A stretch of DNA of 63,921 bases, filler included, from Octopus bimaculoides (GCF_001194135.2; 8 parts of 8 records of this genome joined end to end with filler, not necessarily neighbours in it), one strand, 5' to 3'. Shown: positions 49,831 through 62,989, counted from the whole stretch's first letter. Program-made: numbers and translations. The notes: generated by a model not told the origin, from the letters alone.

Positions 49831-50434
49831 CGTATTGTATACAACATGGCAAGCACACATAGCAACATTGGTTTTTAAATTCCATCATCGATTCTATATC
49901 GAGCTGTAAGCTTCATGTAACCTTTCGTTACATGTAATCTGTATCTAATACCTTTTGTACATATTTCCTTTCTCGCTTCTACGTCATGCAAAATCCGTTA
50001 TCTGCTTGTAGCCTATCTTTGCAATGATTTTAGCATCCATTCCTTCAACATTATGGAGTTATAAAAGCTATATCAATTACTGTAACATCTTTCAAAACCA
50101 TGATTCAGTTATTCTTTTTGGAAAACGAAGATAACCCATATATTTATATATAAGTTATAATATATGTATATATATATATATATATNNNNNNNNNNNNNNN
50201 NNNNNNNNNNNNNNNNNNNNNNNNNNNNNNNNNNNNNNNNNNNNNNNNNNNNNNNNNNNNNNNNNNNNNNNNNNNNNNNNNNNNNNNNNNNNNNNNNNNN
50301 NNNNNNNNNNNNNNNNNNNNNNNNNNNNNNNNNNNNNNNNNNNNNNNNNNNNNNNNNNNNNNNNNNNNNNNNNNNNNNNNNNNNNNNNNNNNNNNNNNNN
50401 NNATATATGTATACATGTATATATGTTTTTACAC

Positions 50435-50466
<32 letters not shown>

Positions 50467-51704
50467 CCTTACATATATTATGTATGTGTGTGTAAATATA
50501 ATAGAGATATATGCGAATATGAGCAGCCCGCAAGATATTTTTCAAACTCAGTAGCTGATGTGTTTCAGCTTCGATTTTCTTGTCTAAAAGTTGAATTCCA
50601 CATATATAAATAGTTTTTTGTTTTTTCTTTATTTTTTTTTCGCTTGTGTCAGTTTCTTTTATTTCTCGATGAAGATATGTTCTGAATTAATGCTGTGACG
50701 TGTTCTGAATTAATAATATGATGTTATTTTGAAACATTTACCTGCTTTATCTCGATTTATATGGTGAAAACGAATTTTTTTTCTCCTAACAGTTCTTTCC
50801 TTATATGTATACATACATGCATCTATCTATCTATATATATATTTATATGTATATATATATTCCCTTTCTTTCAGCTACATATAATATCTTGGATATTATT
50901 GCTACGTATTCTCACTCATCTCAAAACATAGATTCTATGGGAACATTATTCAAATATCGTTGAGTATTGAATAAATTGTAAGCAAGAACTGAAAATATAT
51001 TTATAAGGTATCGTTATGAAACTAATATTTTATGTATAGAAACTGAGTGAATCAAGTAGTTTTATTTCGCTGGAAGACTATTACATTACAGAGATGAGAA
51101 CAAACAAAAATACGAACAATAAACTATAAATCCGTACATTGTGTCTGTTTATGGCATAAAATTATAGATATGTTTACCAGTATTCTCCACTTATTTCACT
51201 ATAAGATTATAAACCTTCCTACTTATTGGATAGGCCGTTTATCAATATTTGCTCTTCTTAGTTTGGAAAATACGAGAAATCTCCTCGTGTTCGTGTCCTT
51301 TAGACAGCTGATTTATATTTACACTCCTATGCCTATTGTGTTATGCAAGTTGGAAAGAAAGCTGATAGAAAGTTTTCAAATGTTAGCGTAAATACACATT
51401 ATTTGAAGCAGAGTTTGAAGTGATGATGAAGTTGAGGTTGAATATATTTCAAAAATCACGTGTGGATTATGTAATGTTAATGAAAAATATAATGGCTTCT
51501 ATTTAAAGTAAGTGTGTATATAAGTGTGTGTACGTGTATACATACTTATATGGACACGCACACACACATACAAACACACATGTATTTATATGTATGTATA
51601 AACATTTATATTCGCCCAGGTATACACACAGACATGCACACATATGTACGTATATATAATATTATTTTTATATGTATTTTTGTTGTTGTTGATATTGTTG
51701 TAGC

Positions 51705-51744
<40 letters not shown>

Positions 51745-52092
51745 GTTCAGTNNNNNNNNNNNNNNNNNNNNNNNNNNNNNNNNNNNNNNNNNNNNTTAAT
51801 TAATTAANNNNNNNNNNNNNNNNNNNNNNNNNNNNNNNNNNNNNNNNNNNNCACACTCTCACACAGACATACATCTTTAACACTACAATAAATAGATCTG
51901 TTATTCATCTAATACGGTTGTGGTCTTTCATTACTGGTCATCTATGTTATCGTCGCATAACATATTATGTATATCATCATTGATATATATATTTGTATGT
52001 TCGACCGTGTGACTCGTTTAAATAAAAGGAGTCCTTTGTTTTTCCATTCGTCACCATATCTCCTTTTATGAGTTCGCACGGTCGTCCCTAAC

Positions 52093-52123
<31 letters not shown>

Positions 52124-52217
52124 AGCACGCGTACGCTCGCTCACACACACACACACATTTATCAATAATACTACTCTTTAAGTTTCTCCATCGTAAAAAG
52201 CTTAATGCGTCGTCTAC

Positions 52218-52405
52218 TGACGTGATCTGTATCGATATGCAGCATCCTCTCCACTGGCTGCGATCAATTAGTCGTGCAGAGCTATATGTATATATATATA
52301 TATATGGCAACCACACACACACACACACATACACAACGTAAAGATTGTAATCTGTTGAAGGGTGCGAGTGGAGTATAATTGCTCGGGTCACGTGATCTGA
52401 TCGAT
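52218..52405. promoter_or_regulatory. Candidate promoter or enhancer motif cluster
   Basis: TGACGTGA 52218, TATCGATA 52230-52237, GTATAATT 52372, GTCACGTGAT 52387; ACGTGATCTG(T)ATCGAT occurs twice. Confidence 0.3.
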
Positions 52406-53773
52406 GAGCTTCTACTGCAGTCTCTCTCCCCCCACTCTCTTTCGCCCCCCCCCCTCTCTCTCTCTCTCTCGCTGTCACATCTGCACCCGTCTCTTCTTCT
52501 CTCGGCACACTGGCTTCATTCTGCAAGCTTTTCACGTCTCCAGTTCATATTCAGAGGAAAATAGTCAAGACAGATAGAGAGAACGTGCNNNNNNNNNNNN
52601 NNNNNNNNNNNNNNNNNNNNNNNNNNNNNNNNNNNNNNNNNNNNNNNNNNNNNNNNNNNNNNNNNNNNNNNNNNNNNNNNNNNNNNNNNNNNNNNNNNNN
52701 NNNNNNNNNNNNNNNNNNNNNNNNNNNNNNNNNNNNNNNNNNNNNNNNNNNNNNNNNNNNNNNNNNNNNNNNNNNNNNNNNNNNNNNNNNNNNNNNNNNN
52801 NNNNNNNNNNNNNNNNNNNNNNNNNNNNNNNNNNNNNNNNNNNNNNNNNNNNNNNNNNNNNNNNNNNNNNNNNNNNNNNNNNNNNNNNNNNNNNNNNNNN
52901 NNNNNNNNNNNNNNNNNNNNNNNNNNNNNNNNNNNNNNNNNNNNNNNNNNNNNNNNNNNNNNNNNNNNNNNNNNNNNNNNNNNNNNNNNNNNNNNNNNNN
53001 NNNNNNNNNNNNNNNNNNNNNNNNNNNNNNNNNNNNNNNNNNNNNNNNNNNNNNNNNNNNNNNNNNNNNNNNNNNNNNNNNNNNNNNNNNNNNNNNNNNN
53101 NNNNNNNNNNNNNNNNNNNNNNNNNNNNNNNNNNNNNNNNNNNNNNNNNNNNNNNNNNNNNNNNNNNNNNNNNNNNNNNNNNNNNNNNNNNNNNNNNNNN
53201 NNNNNNNNNNNNNNNNNNNNNNNNNNNNNNNNNNNNNNNNNNNNNNNNNNNNNNNNNNNNNNNNNNNNNNNNNNNNNNNNNNNNNNNNNNNNNNNNNNNN
53301 NNNATATATATGCGTGTGTGTGTGTATGTATCTATGTATGTGTAATCGTTTCTAATTCATGCAAAAGAACGAGCTGTTATTTAGGGGGAAAGGGGTTTAG
53401 TCGATAGCCTCAGACCCCCCCCCCTCACCTCCCCTAATAATTAACTCTGAAATGATTTAAAAAACAAAGTTGACTTCAGTGGTGTTTGGACCCCGAACGT
53501 AAAACACCAAAAGAAATATCGAAAAGCATATTTCCTGTGCGCATACACCTAGATGTATATGGGTGTGCGTATGTATGCGTTTGTTTGTGTGTGTGTGTGT
53601 GTGTATGGCTTAGCTGGCCGGAGCTTCGAAGTCACTGTCGACAGCATTCTTGTATAAGCATAATAAAATTGTGCTCTACAAAAGTATGGAGTAACTTATC
53701 AGATTAATGTAAAATTGTTTTTATTACAACGGAACATCAAAACAACCATTAATAGACAGATAGATAGATAGAC

Positions 53774-53806
<33 letters not shown>

Positions 53807-54120
53807 TAATGATATATATTTATAAGTGTATGTGTGTATGTATATGCACATGTATATATATATAGATAGGTGTGTGTATCTATATAGGTAGTTACGTAAA
53901 GCTCTAGGTAGATAAGGTATGTCGATCGATAAGAAATTGATAACAGTACAGCTGGGTGGATGGACTGACAGACAGTCAGGCAATCATACAGACTGACAGA
54001 CAGGCTATGGCAGCCAAAATAAATTAAAAGATAGCTCAAAATAGACAGTTGTTGCGTGTATATTGTTTTGGAATACAAGCCTTTGCAAATGGCGGCTGGT
54101 AACTATGTAAACAGAAGACG

Positions 54121-54151
<31 letters not shown>

Positions 54152-54387
54152 TATCGTTGACTGAACTATTCTTTATCACAATAGATCTAGCTTGTGTGTG
54201 TGTGTTTTGAGCGTGTGAATGCTAACGGATGTTTGTGTTCAAGGAAGCTTTTCAGATAAACCTGCGCAATTTTCTTCAATTAAATGTTGTTTATAAGAAT
54301 AACAGGTGTTCGTAGAGAGACTGCTTCTTGTCTGGTCATCATCCCTGGAAATTGCAGCGTGTTGTAAGTAGTAGAGTAAACGAGTTT

Positions 54388-54505
54388 GTTTGCAGTGAAG
54401 TACACGACCTCTTGTAGTGAAGTACACCACCCGTTGCAGAATGAAGTACACAACGTGCTGCAGAGTGAAATACGCAACGTTGCTATACTGAAGTACACAG
54501 CCTGT
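54388..54505 (+). repeat. About 24-bp minisatellite (TTGCAG..TGAAGTACAC..)
   Basis: Five TGAA(G/A)TAC(A/G)C units; remnants resume at 54760-54800 after a SINE. Confidence 0.75.
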
Positions 54506-54532
54506 GAGGTTGAATTATACAACCTGATAAGG

Positions 54533-54745
54533 CGGTCAGCTGGCAGAAACGGTAGCACGCCGGGCGAAACGCTTAGCGGTATTTTACCTGTCTTTACGTT
54601 CTGAGTTCAAATTCCAACGAGGTCAACTTTGCCTTTCATCCTTTCGGGGTCGATAAGTTAAGTACCAGTTGCGTACTGGGGTCGATGTAATCGACTGGCC
54701 CCATTCCCCCAAAATTTCGGGCCTTGTGCCTAGAGTGGAAAAGAT
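54533..54745 (+). mobile_element. tRNA-derived SINE family B, well preserved
   Basis: AGCTGGCAGAAACGGTAGCACGCCGGGCGAAACGCTTAGCGG..GAGTTCAAATTCC (B box)..AGTACCAGTTGCGTACTGGGGTCGATG..GGCCTTGTGCCTAGAGT. Confidence 0.9.
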
Positions 54746-54914
54746 TTATACAACCTGATGTACACAAGTACACAATTTGTTATAGAGTGGAGTACAAAAC
54801 ATGACGTGCTGAAAAGAGACTGCATACTCTGTATTAATAAGTTGTTGATGTATATATTTGTTCACACATGTGTCTATATTTGTGTATGTCTATATATGGA
54901 TATGTATTTGTGTC

Positions 54915-55270
54915 GGTTCATTCGACTAAAAACCCTTGAAGGTCGTACTTATTTTATCGACCCTGAGAGGATGAAAGGCAAAGTCGACCTCGGCGGAATT
55001 TCAACTGAGAACGTACGCTGAGCATTTTGTCCAGCGTGCTAACGTTTCAGCTCGCTCGCTGCCTTCACGTAAGCTAATACTGCTTCCAAATTTTAGCACA
55101 AGCCCAGCAATTTCGGGGTAGAGCCCCAGTGTTCAACTGGTACTTATTCTGTCATCCCCGAAAGGTTGAAAAGGCAAAGTCAACCTCGTCATAATTTGAA
55201 CTCAGAACAAACACAAAAACAGGCGAAATGCCGCTGAGCGTGTTGTCCGGCGAGCTAACGTTTCTCCCAG
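54915..55270 (-). mobile_element. Two SINE family B copies in opposite orientation to 54533
   Basis: TTTTATCGACCCTGAGAGGATGAAAGGCAAAGTCGACCTCGGCGGAATTT repeated twice. Confidence 0.85.
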
Positions 55271-55706
55271 CAAGTCGACGTCTCACAGGCTTTAAAACGT
55301 ACCAAAAACTGTTTGTCCTGAATGTGCGCTGCTAAAATTAGGGTGCGCCTAATAAGACTAAGCATCTTTTATACCATCAAATACGGTGCTAGAGTAATGA
55401 CACAAGAACGTTCCGATCTCATTTAGAATAAGTAATTAAAAATACGAAGATATTTGTCACCGTTTCTAACTATAAACAGATTTTTTGACTGATGGTCGGA
55501 GAGGAGACCCTGGCTATGTGGTAGGAGAATTCTATTGCACAACAGATGTTGGTTTTTATCTATTTGTTTTTATTTTGTTTTATTCTATTTGATTTCTTGT
55601 TTTTTTTTGTTGTTTTTTTTTCTTTACGAAAGCAAACCCCGCCAGTTTGAATAAACTTCCTTGGTGGAAAAGCATGTTAGCAACCGTGTATTGTGAAAAC
55701 AGAAAT

Positions 55707-55776
<70 letters not shown>

Positions 55777-56539
55777 GGGGTTGTATGTATATACCTATAT
55801 ATACACATATATATCTATATATGTATGCATATATATATATATGTGTGTGTATGTCTATATATATAGTTTCTAAATATGTATGTGTATGTTTATATGTGTG
55901 TGTGTGTGTTTATACATACGCATCCATAATAGACGTAATAATATACATATATATGGTTATAGGTTTGAGACTCCAAACAGGAAAACTAGGATTCAGAACT
56001 TGAGCAGAGATGTGTGTGTGTGTGTTTGTGTCTATATGTGTGTGTGTATGTGTGTCTTTTATTACTATTTTTAATCAGCAGAACTTACATAGTGACTCAA
56101 AGGCTGAGAGTTTCGTACGCTCACGCACAACACACACACACACACTACGTACCTGTCTTGTGCACACATTTATGAAATATCGTAATTTCTCTGAAATTTT
56201 AACAAACCGAAGAAAAACCAAGATGTCGCGGAGTTTGCATACAGAAAGAGAGTGAGGGTGGTGGGTGGGGGAAGAGGACGTTAGGTAAGGAAGGAGGAGG
56301 AAGGGGAGGAGGAAGAAGAGGGTAGGGGTAGATATGCCCTCTTTTGTGTGTTTGGAAATTTGTAATAATGGTTTATGGTGGAAAGGGGACAAACAATTAA
56401 AGGGGCCTGCTCCACGAGGTAAGGTAAGGCTAGACGAGTCTAGACCAGGCATGGCTGATCGTCCACCCCCTTCACCACGGCTGTTATTAACGACCACCAC
56501 TGCAGTTACAGTTTGCCTATACCGCGTAACATCTATCAC

Positions 56540-56810
56540 AAGCATCATCATCATCACCATCACCACCATCAGCATCATCATTATTATCACCTTCATCATC
56601 ATCATCATTGTCATCATCATCCTCATCAATGACATCTATAATACCACCTGCACCCTCCCCCCTATTATGATCCCTACCAATACAAATATTACCGCCACGC
56701 CACTCTCACCATCACCACCATCATCATCATCATCATCATCATCATCCCCAACAGCACTACATCATCAACATCATCATCGTCATCGTCGTCATCATCATCA
56801 TCATCTGTCA
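56540..56810. repeat. (CAT/CAC)n low-complexity tract
   Basis: Directly visible. Confidence 0.9.
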
Positions 56811-57320
56811 CACCATCTTAAAACTGACTCCATCCCCCACAGACATTGCCACCTCCACCNNNNNNNNNNNNNNNNNNNNNNNNNNNNNNNNNNNNNNNNN
56901 NNNNNNNNNNNNNNNNNNNNNNNNNNNNNNNNNNNNNNNNNNNNNNNNNNNNNNNNNNNNNNNNNNNNNNNNNNNNNNNNNNNNNNNNNNNNNNNNNNNN
57001 NNNNNNNNNNNNNNNNNNNNNNNNNNNNNNNNNNNNNNNNNNNNNNNNNNNNNNNNNNNNNNNNNNNNNNNNNNNNNNNNNNNNNNNNNNNNNNNNNNNN
57101 NNNNNNNNNNNNNNNNNNNNNNNNNNNNNNNNNNNNNNNNNNNNNNNNNNNNNNNNNNNNNNNNNNNNNNNNNNNNNNNNNNNNNNNNNNNNNNNNNNNN
57201 NNNNNNNNNNNNNNNNNNNNNNNNNNNNNNNNNNNNNNNTTGTTCTTTCTCTTTATCTAACTTTCATTGTCTTTCTCTCTCTCTCTCTCTCTCTCCCTCT
57301 CTCTTCCTTTTTCATTGTTT

Positions 57321-57359
<39 letters not shown>

Positions 57360-57484
57360 TGTGTGTGTGTGTGTTTCCTTTTGCCTCTGTTTCTTTGTAT
57401 GTCAGCCTACTTCATCTGTGGCGGTGGTGGTGGTGCACAACAATACAAAAACACACACACACGCACACATACGACACCACCACC

Positions 57485-57517
<33 letters not shown>

Positions 57518-57683
57518 GTCATCATCATCATCAAAATGCTGCTGCCTGTCTTTATAAAGAATAACACTGCCACGGTGTTCCGCAGACCGTTTTCTGTGAC
57601 CCGAGTAAATTAAGCGTGGAATTAACCACGTAGAGATTATACAACCAGCGAACCATTCCCCTGTTTAATTGTTGGGCAATCGA

Positions 57684-57790
57684 AAACCACCAAACCATCA
57701 AACCATCAAGCCATCAAACCATCAAACCATCAAACCATCAAACCATCCGGCTGTCAAACCGTCCGACCGTCAAACCATCAAACCATCCAT
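57684..57790 (+). repeat. (AAACCATC)n octamer array
   Basis: About ten units visible. Confidence 0.9.
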
Positions 57791-58080
57791 TAATCCAGCC
57801 GTCCATCCATATATCCATTCGTCCATTCTGGGCACCATTGATGAAAGGCTTGTAGTCAACAACAACAACAACGACAACAATAACAACAATAACAATAATA
57901 ACAACAACAAACAAAGAACGGGACTTTGAGAAGAATTACCACAAGAACAACATCAACAATAGTATGAACTAAAACAACAGACTTTGAAACAAGGACATTG
58001 TCAACAATAATAACAACAAAAAAAAACAGCTGAATGCTTTAGTCTCTAGAAACGTCGTTTGGACCAAAAGACAATAAGAA

Positions 58081-58168
<88 letters not shown>

Positions 58169-58287
58169 NNNNNNNNNNNNNNNNNNNNNNNNNNNNNNNN
58201 NNNNNNNNNNNNTTAATTAATTAANNNNNNNNNNNNNNNNNNNNNNNNNNNNNNNNNNNNNNNNNNNNAAAAATTAAACTACTGAAC

Positions 58288-58288
<1 letters not shown>

Positions 58289-58342
<54 letters not shown>

Positions 58343-58491
58343 TCCAAAGACACCTGAAGAAGGCTGGAGGGTATATCAGCCGAAACCTTGTGCTAACAAC
58401 AACCAAGATGAGGACAAATATATGTCGAATGTAAATAATATAAATAATGTAAATAATGTACATAATTCCTCATCTCTTAAATATAGAACTG
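58289..58491 (+). mobile_element. (TAA)n + hammerhead tail, copy 3 (no tRNA head seen; gap lies just upstream)
   Basis: Tail colinear with copies 1 and 2 through TTAAATATAGAAC. Confidence 0.8.
58349..58394 (+). ncRNA. Minimal hammerhead motif, copy 3
   Basis: GACAC-CTGAAGA-A-GGCTG..CAGCC-GAAAC-CTT-GTGCT; core and stem II intact, cleavage triplet GUU changed to CUU. Confidence 0.6.
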
Positions 58492-59265
58492 TATGCTCTG
58501 AATATATTTGTACTCATCTAAATTCTCTCTCTCTCTTTCACTCTTGACCTATAGGTGTGTGCCTGCGTGTGCGTAACATAATAAATGTGGCTAGTCGCAA
58601 AATAAGACGAAAATGGAAAATTCAACTGTCACTAGTATTGACTGGGGATGCACTACAGCACCTACATTACTAGAAACACGTTTCAAAACCCCTCATAGCT
58701 ACAAACATAGCACAAGTGTGTGTACTGGCAGGGGAGTTAACCGCCCCACAGTAAGCGAGGATAATATAACAGCATGCTATTTTCGCTTGAAATTAAGGCT
58801 CATCAGTGTATTAATCCAATGCTGATACTTAAGCCTAATCTTAACTGTCAGTAAATAACATACCATAAGATTCCAAAAATGATTCAGCAAAATGTTAATG
58901 TGAAAATTGTAAAATAATAGACATGTCTCAACTAAATATAAAAACAAAAAGCAAAACATTCGTTGTCACTAAGAGTGACTGAGAGTGAACGGCAGCATAT
59001 AGATTGCTAGAAACAAGAATCAAGGAGATATGATCGGGCTTTGTTGCGTCTGAATAAGTTAATCTTTGTTTTGCGTTGTTTTTATTGAGGCTATGTAAAG
59101 CTCGATAATGGTTTAGTGCACCGAAACTTCAAGGTCACTGTCAATACTATTGTTCCTATAATATTAACAAATGTTTACCTCACAAAAGTATAGTTATCCT
59201 TCAGATCAACGTAAAATTCGTTTTATTATAACTGAACGTAAAAAAAAAACAACCATTCATATATA

Positions 59266-59292
59266 CTAGATGAACCCGTGAAAAATTCACCG
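59266..59292 (-). mobile_element. Helitron-like 3' terminus
   Basis: Minus strand: hairpin CGGTGAA-TTT-TTCACGG, six nt, then CTAG followed by T. Confidence 0.45.
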
Positions 59293-59354
59293 AAAGTAAG
59301 CATCTGTAAATTGCGTGCTGGTGCCATGAGAAATGTTTCTATACTGTGACAGTT

Positions 59355-59570
59355 AAAGGCGGCGAGCTGCCAGAATCGTTAGCACGCCGAGCGAAATGCT
59401 TAACGGTATTTAGTTTCTCCTTACGTTCTGAATTCAAATTCTGCCGAGGTCGACTTTGTCTTTCATCCTTTCGGGGTTGATAAGTTAAGTATCAGTTGCG
59501 TAGTGGAGTCAATCTAATCGACTGGCCTCTTCCCTCCAAATTTCAGGACTTGTGCCTATAATAGTAAAGT
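59355..59570 (+). mobile_element. SINE family B
   Basis: GGCGGCGAGCTGCCAGAATCGTTAGCACGCCG..TTCAAATTCTGCCGAGGTCGACTTTG. Confidence 0.9.
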
Positions 59571-59574
59571 ATAT

Positions 59575-59745
59575 TTATTTCTTTATTGCCCACAGGGGGC
59601 TAGACATAGAGGTGGGCAAACAAGGACAGACAAAGGGATTAAGTCGATTACATCGATCCCAGTGCGTAACTGGTATTTGTGTAATGAATCCCTAAAGGAT
59701 GAAAGGAAAATTCGATCTCTGCGGAATCTGAACTAAGAACGTAAN
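59575..59745 (-). mobile_element. SINE family B 3' part, inverted and abutting the previous copy
   Basis: AAGTCGATTACATCGATCCCAGTGCGTAACTGGTA..GGATGAAAGG..GAACTAAGAACGTAA. Confidence 0.85.
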
Positions 59746-60071
59746 NNNNNNNNNTTTATGAAATATTGAATACTGCAAACATCTTTCCTAATTACGTTCA
59801 CTTCTATCCAGATATATGTTATACATTTCAAAGTAGCCTTTACGAAAGAAATTTTATAAAATACTGCCTTATGCATGAAACCTGCTAGAATCGTGTAATG
59901 ATTCTCTATTCTGTAGTTATCACATAAATAAACGTGTTATGGCATTTAGGATTTCATCCTTACCCATCTTAGAATTTTCATCTACAGATTATGCATTACG
60001 GATATTATTGTAACAGAAACGAAATATTTTTCGACACCTAGGCCTTTACAGTATCAAATATGCTCTGAATA

Positions 60072-60230
60072 TTATTTGCATTTCACGAATATTTGTCCTC
60101 ATCTTGTTTGTTGTTAACACAACGTTTCGGCTGATATACCCTCCAGCATTGATCAGGTGTCTTTGGGAAATTTCGAACGTGGGTTCTCAATCTTAAGGTA
60201 TTTTTCGGTGTTTATTATTATTATTATTTT
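60072..60230 (-). mobile_element. Hammerhead-tail element, copy 4
   Basis: Reverse complement of the copy 1-3 tail, including a short (TAA)n and the AGGAATGAGAACCC..TTCGAAATTTCCC-like segment. Confidence 0.85.
60116..60161 (-). ncRNA. Minimal hammerhead motif, copy 4
   Basis: Minus strand: GACAC-CTGATCA-A-TGCTG..CAGCC-GAAAC-GTT-GTGTT; AACGTT palindrome and stem I intact, G8 mutated. Confidence 0.6.
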
Positions 60231-60301
60231 ATATTTGACTTTTGCTTTGCATTTGTACAAGTTGGATCCAAGTCTCACCCAGAGACCTCAAGAGACAACA
60301 A

Positions 60302-60380
<79 letters not shown>
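60302..60380. repeat. (TAT)n microsatellite
   Basis: Directly visible. Confidence 0.97.
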
Positions 60381-60769
60381 NNNNNNNNNNNNNNNNNNNN
60401 NNNNNNNNNNNNNNNNNNNNNNNNTTAATTAATTAANNNNNNNNNNNNNNNNNNNNNNNNNNNNNNNNNNNNNNNNNNNNTAATTAATTTAGAATTTATT
60501 TATGGAACGGAAAACACTTTCATGCTTATAGTATATAAAATCTGAACACGGTCGCATGTTTCGGTATTTTCGGATATCGTCAGTGGAAGATTATCGCGAT
60601 GTTTTTTTTTCTTTTATTTTATTCACGTTTAATCAATCAGTAGACACGCGTTTGTAAAGGTAGAGAAATAACAGGTACTTAATGATTTGTGGCCAGCGGA
60701 TAATTGTGTAATATTTATTCGAAATTGAGCTGTTGTCGCCGTCATCATAAGAACAATCATTTTTATCAC

Positions 60770-61190
60770 TTTCCACCACTTCCGCCTCCTCATCATCGTC
60801 GTCATCTTCATCATCATTATCATCATCATAACCACCACTGTCGTCAGCATCATCGTCATCACCATCATCAAAATCCTCTTCATATTCGTCATCGTCATCT
60901 TTATCTTCATCAACATCGTCTCCATTATCATCCATCTTTTTCTTCTTCCTCTTCTCTTTTCTGCATCATAATCATTATTAGCATCATCATCATCATTATC
61001 AACATGATGATGAGCATCATCTTCTTCTTCTTCTTCTTCGTCTTCTTCCTCTTCCTCTTCTGCTTCTCCTCCTCGTACTCCTTCAAATTTTTCTTTTTCT
61101 TCATCTTCTTTCACTTCTTATTCTTTCCTTGTTCTTCTCCTTCTCCTTCACTTTCTTTCATCATCATCGTCATCATCATCTTCTTCGTAA
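60770..61190. repeat. (CAT/CGT/CTT)n low-complexity tract
   Basis: Directly visible; source of the spurious acidic and His-rich ORFs. Confidence 0.9.
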
Positions 61191-61379
61191 TCACCGCAGA
61201 CCAAAAAAAAAAATAACTTTAAACATATCCACCAATTGAATTTCTGTCACTTTTCAGCCACCACCATCTCTCTGTTTTACTGACGCGTTCTTTCTATACC
61301 CCACATATAATCTCTTCTAATATAATTTCAAATCCCTTAAGGCGAATGCGCATATGCATATGCATACATGCATATCTGA

Positions 61380-61440
<61 letters not shown>

Positions 61441-61666
61441 NNNNNNNNNNATATATATACATATGTATATATACATATATATATATATACAAATATATAT
61501 ACATATATATATATACAAACATATATATGTACATATATATATACATATATATATATATGCATATATATATACACACACATGTATTGATGTATATCATATA
61601 CATGTACGCATATGTATTCATATCCTATGTTTACACACAGAGAGGCATATACATATTAATATGTAC

Positions 61667-61739
<73 letters not shown>

Positions 61740-62254
61740 TGTGTATGTATATGCATATATATATATATGTTTGTGTGTGTGTGTGTTTGTGTATAAATAT
61801 ATATACATATATATTACATGTATATATGTATGTATATGTATATATACATATAAACAAGCATGCGCATACACACAAATATACCCGTATGTACATATGGATG
61901 CGTCAGCGTCGCTATTATTATCGTTAATATGATCGTCATCGTCATCATTCTCATCATAATCGTCATCACCATTATAATTATCATCACCATTACCACCACC
62001 ACCGCCACAACTATTACCATCACCATCATCGTCATCGTCATCAACTCACCGACATAACCATCATGACCATCATCATCGTCATCACCACCGAAAACGTCGT
62101 CATCGTCATCACCATCGTCATCACCATCGTTACCGACGCTAATGGTGAGCCTTTAACTCCCGTTAGCTCTGCCAAATTATCCGCCCGCTTGTTGCTGTCA
62201 TCACAACTTGGGGGGGAAAAACACAAGCTTTAATTCCTCGGATTATGATTACGC

Positions 62255-62452
62255 TGACAACAGCAACAACAACAACAACGAAAAAAGAAACGGCGAGAAC
62301 AATAACAGCGACAACAATGATGATAATAATAATGATAATAATAATAATGATAATAATGATGATAATAATAATAATGATGATAATAATAATAATGATAATG
62401 AAAATAATAATGATAATAATAATGATAATAATAATGATAATGATAATAATAA
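62255..62452. repeat. (AAC)/(AAT)/(GAT) compound microsatellite
   Basis: Directly visible. Confidence 0.95.
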
Positions 62453-62829
62453 NNNNNNNNNNNNNNNNNNNNNNNNNNNNNNNNNNNNNNNNNNNNTTAA
62501 TTAATTAANNNNNNNNNNNNNNNNNNNNNNNNNNNNNNNNNNNNNNNNNNNNCGCAGATTAAATCTGTATACGCAAATTAAATCTAGCCATGGAGGAATG
62601 TTGTGGCGGACAAAAAACAAGACAGGAAAACAAACAGAAGGCTTTACGGCCAGACGAGTATGTGCATACCGACATCCACCTGTATGTATAGGTGCATATC
62701 TGGGTACAGGACATTGCAAACAAACGTAGACGAGAACACACAAGCCACATAGAGAACATTCTACTTCATCAGCTACCCACGTTTTAACACCGGCGTTTCG
62801 ACGAGCTTCGGGCAGATATATACATACAT

Positions 62830-62975
62830 ACACACAGACGATGGACGTCTTTCAGTTTTTTTTCTACGAAATCCATTAAACAAGGTTTTGGTCACTTGGG
62901 AGTCTATAGCAGAAGACACTTACCCAAGGTACCATGCAGTGGGACTGAACCCAAGACTGCATGACCGGGAAGTAA
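62830..62975 (-). mobile_element. SINE family A 5' half
   Basis: TCTTTCAGTTT..CTATAGCAGAAGACACTTACCCAAGGTACCATGCAGTGGGACTGAACCC. Confidence 0.8.
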
Positions 62976-62989
62976 GCTCTGGTATAATT

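Noticed and set aside
54388-54505. CRISPR-like array
   Set aside because: The core is only about 10 bp with 12-14 bp related spacers, in a eukaryotic context with no cas genes; it is a minisatellite.
56334-56520. ORF MPSFVCLEICNNGLWWKGDK.. with a GAG|GTAAGG donor
   Set aside because: No acceptor, no homology recognised, and it runs into low-complexity repeats.
60629-61216. Acidic, His-rich and poly-Met ORFs
   Set aside because: Translations of (CAT/CTT)n tracts, open on both strands, with no domain.
13795-62508. Seven identical TTAATTAATTAA palindromes
   Set aside because: Always embedded in N runs; a scaffolding linker, not biology.
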